DNA of 43,912 nt from Pseudomonadota bacterium (GTDB lineage: Bacteria > Desulfobacterota > Desulfobacteria > Desulfobacterales > JBDRRP01): assembly GCA_043825735.1 (NCBI GenBank), contig JBDRRP010000089.1, forward strand, positions 1 through 43,912, read 5' to 3'. Positions 37,401 through 43,912 of this stretch are shown here, piece after piece (position 1 is the first letter of the stretch; each line of letters starts with the position of its first letter). The translations under genes and the position numbers were made by a program. Under the pieces are notes generated by a model that was not told the origin of the DNA, ran no database searches, and saw only the letters and a program-made list of their open reading frames with translations.

Positions 37401-37615
37401 TCCCACTGCTTCATGACCTTATCGCCCGACCCTGACAGGGCGTAGCGCCCGTCCGGTGTCACGGCAAGGCAGCCAACGGCGCTGGTATGCCCCATCTGTG
37501 CGTAAATTTCGGGCTTTTCCGCGGCCAATGCCGCCGCACACAGAGGGGCAGCAAGAATAGCCAGAATCACAACCCAGTGCCCGAAAACGCGCCGCCGGTG
37601 ATAAGACCCGAACAT
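34412..37615 (-). CDS. Exported WD40-repeat / Ig-like / caspase (peptidase C14) protein
   Basis: ATG 37615 with SD GGAG; signal peptide; about 14 WD40 repeats; LVIGIN...L.YP..DA, SHG (His codon 34922-34924) and DTCNAG (Cys codon 34766-34768). Confidence 0.92.
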   Translation of the reverse strand: MFGSYHRRRVFGHWVVILAILAAPLCAAALAAEKPEIYAQMGHTSAVGCLAVTPDGRYALSGSGDKVMKQWDLATGREMKTFRGHTKTINAIAVSPDGRVAASASDDRTLRLWDIDNGLATATFSEANAVLAVAFSPEGQLVSGNYNGTVTLWDINTGTQRVLKDDFKGQVLGLMFLAGGAQIAVGQKSGFSVVDIPSGRVARTFGEQQKEIKSAVFSPNGRYVLMGMSEYFALLDIQTGREVRTFEVDAEDERYQSALAFSPDSKLIVSGGKNYTVRLWEAETGSVVRKENFSNGRNDFYGSVRSQVFCPGGRLVLSGYGTGIITLWDSSKTGDALVHTLGGTMYSLTAMALSRDGRYALAGDEKKACTLWDTQTGKKLRSLQHEDQISAMTFSPQGKYYLTGEDETVKVWDAGTDALVKTFTQPDNEQGMSHVYDVAVSADGRTAASGGKSNIMLMDLSAMREIRTLPLPGTFAMGVAFSPDGRALATGDLKGRLTLWDPRTGRSLWTVDPGGMNLSVVGFSPDGKTIATGTEYYSSTDTLKLWDAASGRELRNFGGYNKTIRAAAFYPDGRHLVTGGSEVKIWELPSGREVQTLEGHAGFVSNVACPGEGRYVFTAGSDGTVRQWNAATGKQIAQFINFSDGEWIVITPEGYYSASANADKYLNVRIANAVYGIDNYREAFFRPDLVTVALSGGSLKDYRTLAEVKQPPTVTFVDTPTAVASDTVTVSLRLTDNGGGIGDIRLYLNGTAVVMDSRAVAVVAKDTGALVKKYTLKLTGGTNAIAATAFNAENTMQSNAARLTVTATYAAAGKPSLSALVIGINAFKNPKLTLKYPVADAALFAATLENVSKGIFDKVNIRTLTTMEATTNLSIIREIQSFQSLRPDDFFVFYIASHGTVDDGEYFLITSNVGSLRTEKLKTDAIGQNMLKEAIANIPATKKLIIIDTCNAGALGEALQVAMMTRGMSEDTALKILSRAVGSTILSASTSVQEALEGYQGHGLFTYVLVEGLTGKADKGNSGYIKTTELADYVDSEVPVLAEKVFKRAQYPTISISGQAFPIGKVQ

Positions 37616-37862
37616 ATGGACTCCTTCCATTTCAATTCCGATGATGGTCACCGGAAACCGATTTGCCCCAAAGACCCTGGGCAAGAGTGATGATATTATT
37701 TCCATCATTGAATGTCTCGACCAATCTGTGGAAGAGTGGGCAGGTATATGGTAGGTCTGAAAGTGTTATATTACCCGTTCAGGCGTGTATCAGCGCCTCA
37801 TGGCATGAACAACGCGATTCGAGCAGCGCCGCCTGCCGTGATATTTACAGAAGGGAGTCATC

Positions 37863-38741
37863 ATGCGCTTGGCAACGATTGTGACCGACGGCAAAGCGCA
37901 CCTGGCGATCTGCCGGGACACCGGCTGCGTTCGTATTGAAGATGTGAACCGCGAGTGCCGCGGCCAATGGCCGGAAACCATGGATCGTCTCATGGAAAGC
38001 GAGCAACTGAGCGCGCTCGACGCGTGGTATCGGGGCGAGGGGCGGCGCGCGCTTGATGCCCGGCAGGACCTGGTGATTGACCGGGCTCAGTTCGCCTACG
38101 CGCCCCCCTATCGGCGTCCCGGCAAAATATGGGGGATCGGGCTTAACTACCGCGCCCATGCAGCGGATCTTTCCGAGAGTGCGCCGACCACCTCTCCGGC
38201 CAGTTTCATGAAGCCATATAGTGCCATTGTCGGACCCGGTGATTCGATCACGATCCCGCGGCTTTCCCAGAAAACCACGGCCGAGGCCGAACTGGGCATC
38301 ATCATCGGAAAGCGCTGCAAGGACGTGCCCCGCGAGCAGTGGCTCGACGTGGTGGCCGGATTCACCACGATCCTGGACATGACCGCCGAGGACATTCTGG
38401 TGCAAAATCCCCGGTATCTGACCGTGAGCAAGAGCTTTGACACCTTTTTCGTCTTTGGCCCCCAGGTGCTGACTCCCGACGAGATCGACGATGTCTTCGC
38501 GCTGAAGGTGTCCACCGTCATCAACGGCCGGGTGCACGCGGAAAACACCGTGGACCACATGACGTTTACCCCGGATGTGCTCATCGCCTATCACTCGCAG
38601 GTCATGACCCTGATGCCCGGGGACATCATCTCCACCGGCACGCCCGGGGCCGTGCATATTCACCATGGCGATGTCGTCCAGTGCCGGATCAGCGGCTTCG
38701 AGACCCTTGAAAACCCGGTGGTCGATCTGAAAGGAGCCTGA
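37863..38741 (+). CDS. Fumarylacetoacetate hydrolase family protein
   Basis: IGLNY.AHA, EAELGIIIGK, DMTAED, KSFDTF, GDIISTGTPG. Confidence 0.93.
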   Translation: MRLATIVTDGKAHLAICRDTGCVRIEDVNRECRGQWPETMDRLMESEQLSALDAWYRGEGRRALDARQDLVIDRAQFAYAPPYRRPGKIWGIGLNYRAHAADLSESAPTTSPASFMKPYSAIVGPGDSITIPRLSQKTTAEAELGIIIGKRCKDVPREQWLDVVAGFTTILDMTAEDILVQNPRYLTVSKSFDTFFVFGPQVLTPDEIDDVFALKVSTVINGRVHAENTVDHMTFTPDVLIAYHSQVMTLMPGDIISTGTPGAVHIHHGDVVQCRISGFETLENPVVDLKGA

Positions 38742-38743
38742 CC

Positions 38744-39643
38744 ATGACGCTCAAAGGCATTTTCCCAATCGTGCCCACACCGTTTTTTGACAATGGCGCA
38801 GTCGACTACCCGAGCATCGAGCGGCTGATCGATTTCATGGCCGCCAAAAAAGTCCACGGTCTTGCCATCATGGGCGCCCTGGGCGAAGGGCACAAGCTGA
38901 CCGAGGCCGAGCGTGCCGGCATTATTTCCCACTACCGCGCCCACCTGCCCGAGGGGATGCAGCTGGTGGTGGGCGTGCGCGCCCCGGCAACGGACCCGGC
39001 AACCGCAATGGCCGTGAGCGCACGCGAGCTGGGCGCCGACGGCATTTTGCTCGGACCCCACAACATCCAGAAAGACGCCCCGCTGCTCAGTTATTATCAG
39101 CAGGTCTCCGATGCGGCGCAGATCCCCTGCATCATCCACGATTACCCGGCCGTCACCGGCATCACGATGTCCGTCGAGCTCATCGGCCGCATCTTCGAAT
39201 CATCCGAGCACATTAACCATATCAAACTCGAGGATCCGCCCACCGGGATGAAAATGCAGGCGCTGGCGCAAACCGCCGGCCCCGGATTGAAGGTCTTTGG
39301 CGCGCTGGGCGGCATGTATGCCTTTGAAGAGCTGGAGCTGGGGGCAGTGGGCGTGATGACCGGTTTCGTGTACGCCGAGCTGCTGGTGCGGTTGTACGAC
39401 CTTTGCCAGGAAGGGCGTTTAGATCGGGCGGCTGCACTGTTTTATGATTTTTTGCCGCTCAACCGCTGGGAGTTTCAGCCCGGCATCGGCGTGTCATTGC
39501 GAAAACTGCTGCTGAAGCGATTGGGGATCTTCACCACCGCCAAGGTCCGGCATCCGGGCCCCGATGCCGACACCAGAACCCTCGAACAGTTATTCCGGAT
39601 CGTCCGTCACCTCAACGACAAGGGCTACGCACTGGCCCTGTGA
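38744..39643 (+). CDS. Dihydrodipicolinate synthase (DapA/NAL) family aldolase or dehydratase
   Basis: PTPF, G.LGE, DYP..TG, Schiff-base Lys in IKLED. Confidence 0.88.
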   Translation: MTLKGIFPIVPTPFFDNGAVDYPSIERLIDFMAAKKVHGLAIMGALGEGHKLTEAERAGIISHYRAHLPEGMQLVVGVRAPATDPATAMAVSARELGADGILLGPHNIQKDAPLLSYYQQVSDAAQIPCIIHDYPAVTGITMSVELIGRIFESSEHINHIKLEDPPTGMKMQALAQTAGPGLKVFGALGGMYAFEELELGAVGVMTGFVYAELLVRLYDLCQEGRLDRAAALFYDFLPLNRWEFQPGIGVSLRKLLLKRLGIFTTAKVRHPGPDADTRTLEQLFRIVRHLNDKGYALAL

Positions 39644-39735
39644 TCCGCAGCGGGCCGCGTCTGCGGGCGCCGCCGCTGCGTTCTCACCGCAAAACAGACG
39701 CCTGTGTCGGCCATTTCGGCAACGGCCGCCCCCGG

Positions 39736-39751
39736 CGGTATCGTTTTTGCA
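39736..39751 (+). promoter_or_regulatory. Putative sigma54 -24/-12 promoter
   Basis: CGGTATCGTTTTTGCA has exact GG-N10-GC spacing, about 60 bp before the CoA-transferase start. Confidence 0.6.
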
Positions 39752-39809
39752 TCACTGACGCCGCAACATGCCAACCCCGATTCGTAAACTCATTCGAGGA
39801 GGTGCCGTC

Positions 39810-41822
39810 ATGGCCGATGCCAGGGATAACCGCAGGTCTCATCCGATGCTCTCTCAACTTCCCCCCAGCCGGGCCAAGCGGGGAAAAATCGTCACCCCGC
39901 AGGAGGCGGTGGGGCTGATCCGCGACGGTGACACCGTGGCCACCGGCGGATTTGTCGGGATCGGTTTTGCCGAGGAAATCGCCATCCAACTGGAGCACCG
40001 GTTTCTGGACACGGGCGCGCCGATAGGGCTGACCTTGATGTACGCCGCCGGGCAGGGGGACGGCGACGCGCGTGGGCTCAACCACCTGGGACACGAGGGC
40101 CTCGTGTCGCGGGTGATCGGCGGCCACTGGGGGCTGGTGCCCAAGCTGCAGAAACTGGCCATCGAGGGCCGCATCAAGGCCTACAATCTGCCGCAGGGGG
40201 TGATCTCGCACCTGTATCGGGACATCGCCGCGGGAAAGCCGCGGACGATCACTGCGGTGGGGCTGGGAACATTTGTGGACCCGCGGCTGGGCGGCGGCAA
40301 GATCAACGACGCCACCACCGAAGAGATCGTGGAACTGATCGAATTTGACGGCAAGGAATACCTCGCCTACCGGACGATTCCCATCAATGTCGCCATTCTC
40401 AGGGGCACCACCGCCGACACCGACGGCAACATCACCATGGAAAAAGAGGCGCTGGTGCTCGAATCCCTGGCCATGGCCACCGCGGCCCGTAACAGCGGCG
40501 GATTGGTCATCGTGCAGGTGGAGCGCATCGCTCAGGCCGGATCGCTGAGCGCGCGGCAGGTTAAGATACCGGGCATCCTGGTGGACTGCGTGGTGGTGGC
40601 CCGGCCGGAAAACCACTGGCAGACATTTGCCGAAGTCTACAATCCGGCGTTCAGCAGTGAAGTCAAGGTGCCGGTGCAGTCTTTGCCCGTCATGGAGATG
40701 GGCGTGCGCAAGATCATCGCCCGGCGCGCGGCCTTCGAACTCAAGCCCAACAGCGTGGTCAACCTCGGCATCGGCATGCCCGAGGGCATTTCCAGCGTGG
40801 CCAACGAGGAAAAACTACTCGAGTTCCTGACGCTGACTGCCGAGCCCGGTGTCATCGGCGGACTGCCGGCCGGTGGGCTGAACTTCGGGGCGGCGGCCAA
40901 TACCGAGGCCCTCATCGACCAGCCCTCGCAGTTCGATTTCTACGATGGCGGGGGGCTGGACATGGCATTTTTGGGGCTGGCCCAGGCCGACCGGTACGGC
41001 AATCTCAACGTGAGTAAATTCGGCCCTAAGCTGGCCGGCGCCGGCGGGTTCATCAACATCAGCCAGAACGCCAAGAAAGTGGTGTTCGTGGGCACCTTCA
41101 CCGCCGCTGGGCTGGATGTCGCTGTGGCGGACGGGCGCCTGAAGATCGTTGCCGAGGGAAAGGCCGCTAAGTTCGTGGATCAGGTGGAGCACGTCACCTT
41201 CAGCGGCGCGTATGCAATCAAACGCGGGCAACCCGTGCTCTACGTCACCGAGCGGTGCGTGTTTTCGCTCGAGGCGGACGGCATGACACTGGTGGAAATC
41301 GCTCCGGGCGTCGACCTTGAAACCGACATCCTGGCGCACATGGCGTTTCGGCCGCGGATCGCCGCGCCGCTGCCGCTGATGGACGTGCGCATCTTTAACG
41401 ACGCGCCCATGGGGCTCAAAGACGATCTGCTCAGCCTCTCGCTGGACGAGCGCCTTTCCTACGATCCGGCGCAGAATCTCTTTTTCGTGAATTTCGAAGG
41501 GTATGCCGTCAAGAGCCCGGCCGATGTGATCAAGGTGGATGCTGCCGTTCGTAGCATTCTGACGCCACTGGGAAAAAAGGTCTACACCATCGTCAACTAC
41601 GACAATTTCACCATTCTGGACGACGTGGTGGACGAATACACCCGAATGGTCAAATCGCTCGTGGACAATCTGTATTCCGGGGTGACCCGCTACACGACGA
41701 GCGCCTTTCTTCGCAAACAGCTGGGCGAGGCGCTGAGCCGCCGCAACGTGGCGCCCCACATTTTTGAAAACCACAGCGAGGCGCAGCGAGCCCTGACCGG
41801 CGACGGGGAAGACGCGGCGTAA
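39810..41822 (+). CDS. Acyl-CoA:acetate/propionate CoA-transferase (YdiF/Pct type) with C-terminal extra domain
   Basis: [22 protein letters not shown], catalytic [26 protein letters not shown]. Confidence 0.9.
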   Translation: MADARDNRRSHPMLSQLPPSRAKRGKIVTPQEAVGLIRDGDTVATGGFVGIGFAEEIAIQLEHRFLDTGAPIGLTLMYAAGQGDGDARGLNHLGHEGLVSRVIGGHWGLVPKLQKLAIEGRIKAYNLPQGVISHLYRDIAAGKPRTITAVGLGTFVDPRLGGGKINDATTEEIVELIEFDGKEYLAYRTIPINVAILRGTTADTDGNITMEKEALVLESLAMATAARNSGGLVIVQVERIAQAGSLSARQVKIPGILVDCVVVARPENHWQTFAEVYNPAFSSEVKVPVQSLPVMEMGVRKIIARRAAFELKPNSVVNLGIGMPEGISSVANEEKLLEFLTLTAEPGVIGGLPAGGLNFGAAANTEALIDQPSQFDFYDGGGLDMAFLGLAQADRYGNLNVSKFGPKLAGAGGFINISQNAKKVVFVGTFTAAGLDVAVADGRLKIVAEGKAAKFVDQVEHVTFSGAYAIKRGQPVLYVTERCVFSLEADGMTLVEIAPGVDLETDILAHMAFRPRIAAPLPLMDVRIFNDAPMGLKDDLLSLSLDERLSYDPAQNLFFVNFEGYAVKSPADVIKVDAAVRSILTPLGKKVYTIVNYDNFTILDDVVDEYTRMVKSLVDNLYSGVTRYTTSAFLRKQLGEALSRRNVAPHIFENHSEAQRALTGDGEDAA

Positions 41823-41991
41823 TCGGCGCAATACCTAACGTTTGATTTTTCACCAGTCACGGAAGGCACGGAGAAAAACAAAAGTATGCGATTTTGAATT
41901 CGGCTCAAATCGGCTTGTAACATTATGAGCGTTTGGAGGATGGTCGCCATGGCGTATCATAATTGCTACACGCCTTCCGGTGGCCGAACGG

Positions 41992-43392
41992 TCAGATTGA
42001 AATCCCGTATTTTTTCAGTTTCTTGTAGAGCAGGGTGCGATGTATTCCGAGCAGGCGTGCTGCCCTGGCCTTGTTGCCCCCGGTCGATTCCAGGGCGTTT
42101 CGGATCGCTTGTTCGGCGGCCTGCTGCTGCACATCGCGGATGGAAGTCGAGCCCGGGTGGGCCGCAGCGCGACAGTTTCGAAACAGATAAAGCGGCAAGT
42201 GATTGCGCCGGATGGTATTGCCGTCGAGGGTTGCGAGAATGCGTTCCATGACGTTCGACAACTCCCGCACATTGCCCGGCCAGTCGTACTGCCCGAGGAT
42301 TTTTTCGGTGCACGGCTCCAGGTGCACGCCCTGCGCGTTGAGTTCCTCGGCCATGCCCTGAAGCAGGTGCCTGAACAGCGGGATGATATCTTCTCGGCGC
42401 TCCCTGAGGGGCGGGATGTGCAGTGAGACCACGTTGAGGCGGTAAAAGAGATCTTCCCGGAAGCCGCCGCTGGCCATCATATCCTCCAGTCGGCGATTGG
42501 TGGCGGCGATGAGACGAAAATCGCTACGGATGACGGTGTTGCCGCCCACCCGCTCGAATTCTTTTTCCTCCAGGACCCTGAGCAGTTTGGGCTGCATCTC
42601 GATGGGCAGATCGCCGATCTCGTCGAGAAAAATCGTTCCTCGGTGAGCCAGTTCGAACTTGCCGGGCTTGCCCGAGGCGCGCGCGCCGGTAAAAGCCCCC
42701 TTGTCATAGCCGAAGAGTTCGGATTCGAGCAGGTCCCTGGGAATGGCGGCGCAGTTGATGCGCACAAAGGGGTGGATCCGATTGTCGCTGGCATTGTGGA
42801 TGGCCTGGGCGAAAAGCTCCTTGCCGGTGCCGCTCTCCCCGGTGATGAGCACCGGAAAATGCTTGCCTGCGGCCTTGAGCGCTTCCGCTTTGAGCTCACG
42901 CATGACGCTGCTGCGGGCGATGATGCTGTCGAATGTGTAGCGGGTCTGACGCAGGTTCATGAGCTCCTGCTCGTACATTTTCACTTTCGATTCGAGCAGC
43001 GAAAGCCGGGATGCCAACTTGTGGACGTCGCGCACGTCCTTGAAGGTCACTTGCCCGAAGACGGCCAGGACCTTTCCGTCTTTTTTAATGGGGATGCGCT
43101 GGACCACCATGTTCTTGCCGCGAATCTGCTGGGCATGGTTGATTTCGGCAATGCCGGTCTGGGCCACGATGTGCATGCGGGTGTTTTCGACACACTCGGT
43201 GCAGTGCCGGCCGATGGTTTCCTCCCGATTCAGACCGAGAAAGCGTGCGTATGGCGTGTTGAAATGGGTGATGTGCCCGGCGGGATCGGTGACCATGGCG
43301 CCGCTGAAAATGCTCTCGAAGATCAGCTCGTGCATTTCCAGCCGCTCGCGCAGGTCTTCTTGGGATTCTTCCGGCAACTGTTTCTCGGTCAT
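41992..43392 (-). CDS. Sigma54-dependent activator (PAS-AAA+-Fis HTH)
   Basis: GESGTGKE, GAFTGA, FLDEIG, WPGNVREL, C-terminal HTH. Confidence 0.96.
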   Translation of the reverse strand: MTEKQLPEESQEDLRERLEMHELIFESIFSGAMVTDPAGHITHFNTPYARFLGLNREETIGRHCTECVENTRMHIVAQTGIAEINHAQQIRGKNMVVQRIPIKKDGKVLAVFGQVTFKDVRDVHKLASRLSLLESKVKMYEQELMNLRQTRYTFDSIIARSSVMRELKAEALKAAGKHFPVLITGESGTGKELFAQAIHNASDNRIHPFVRINCAAIPRDLLESELFGYDKGAFTGARASGKPGKFELAHRGTIFLDEIGDLPIEMQPKLLRVLEEKEFERVGGNTVIRSDFRLIAATNRRLEDMMASGGFREDLFYRLNVVSLHIPPLRERREDIIPLFRHLLQGMAEELNAQGVHLEPCTEKILGQYDWPGNVRELSNVMERILATLDGNTIRRNHLPLYLFRNCRAAAHPGSTSIRDVQQQAAEQAIRNALESTGGNKARAARLLGIHRTLLYKKLKKYGISI

Positions 43393-43446
43393 GGCGTGAT
43401 GTCTTCCTTGGGTCTATCGTTGTGAGTGAGTCCTGGTACTGGCAAG

Positions 43447-43482
43447 TGTATCCATTGGGATGCATGTCTCTGTTTGGCTACA
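43447..43482. promoter_or_regulatory. Two adjacent TGT-N12-ACA-type putative activator sites
   Basis: TGTATCCATTGGGATGCA (43447-43464) and TGTCTCTGTTTGGCTACA (43465-43482). Confidence 0.55.
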
Positions 43483-43602
43483 TTAATCTGAAACTTTTGT
43501 CGAGGTGTAATTGCAGACACCGGAGGGTGGGCGGGCAGGCGTCGCCGCGGCCAGCCGCTTTCCAAAGGGGGGCGACTGCGTCGTGAAAAATCGGTTGCCG
43601 GC

Positions 43603-43618
43603 TGGTACCGGTTTTGCA
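43603..43618 (+). promoter_or_regulatory. Sigma54 -24/-12 promoter
   Basis: TGGTACCGGTTTTGCA, near consensus, divergent from the sigma54 activator gene. Confidence 0.75.
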
Positions 43619-43712
43619 AACCGAAAGACACTGAGTGATCTGGTATCTGGCAGCGCCAGGGCAGAAAGGTGCTGCGCAGTGATGACATCCACTAAACGAG
43701 GGGAGATGCAAA

Positions 43713-43912
43713 ATGAAGAGGATCGGTTCCATTCTGGGATGCCTGGTATTGATCGTGGGCCTTTTCGCTGTCACAGCCAATGCGGCCGAAAAGCGGGAGA
43801 AGTTTGGTGTAGACAAGCGCAGTGACGTTGCCAAGCGTGTGACGTTCAAGCCTTCGACGGAGAAGATCCGCTGGAAGATGGTGATGCCCTGGAGCAAGGG
43901 CCTTTTATTTTA
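43713..43912 (+). CDS. TRAP transporter substrate-binding protein (DctP type), partial
   Basis: Manual translation MKRIGSILGCLVLIVGLFAVTANA-AEK...KIRWKMVMPWSKGLLF; signal peptide; SD GGGGAG. Confidence 0.65.
   Translation, partial: MKRIGSILGCLVLIVGLFAVTANAAEKREKFGVDKRSDVAKRVTFKPSTEKIRWKMVMPWSKGLLF

Noticed and set aside
31401..37615. Gasdermin, TIR or NLR-type caspase defence system
   Set aside because: No gasdermin-like, TIR or STAND NTPase ORF is recognisable, and the proteins carry export signals.
5977..37615. Functional link between A2M and the caspase protease
   Set aside because: More than 20 kb apart with unrelated genes between; only thematic similarity.

Overview
A high-GC bacterial chromosomal segment. 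Gene content and repeat style suggest a sulfate-reducing Desulfobacterota; this is inference, as no marker gene is present. About 26 intact CDSs: CoA-ester metabolism (Nudix CoA pyrophosphatase, MaoC, crotonase, AbfD, CoA-transferase), a Phd/VapC toxin-antitoxin pair, alpha-2-macroglobulin plus PBP1C, two hybrid histidine kinases, a penicillin-acylase-family Ntn hydrolase, an RluA-family synthase, a flavodoxin-ferredoxin, a signal-peptide glutaminase, RNase HI, FAH- and DapA-family enzymes, a sigma54 activator and the start of a TRAP binding protein. There are four apparent pseudogenes. No rRNA, tRNA, CRISPR array, transposase or integrase was seen. Most notable: (1) an apparently exported WD40-Ig-caspase operon with a membrane protein and TPR partners; (2) a candidate Na+-type (DUF1646-like) riboswitch directly before abfD; (3) a nested set of non-autonomous intergenic elements, including a MITE with a perfect 10-bp target duplication whose empty site is also in this window, and small hairpins inserted inside other hairpins.
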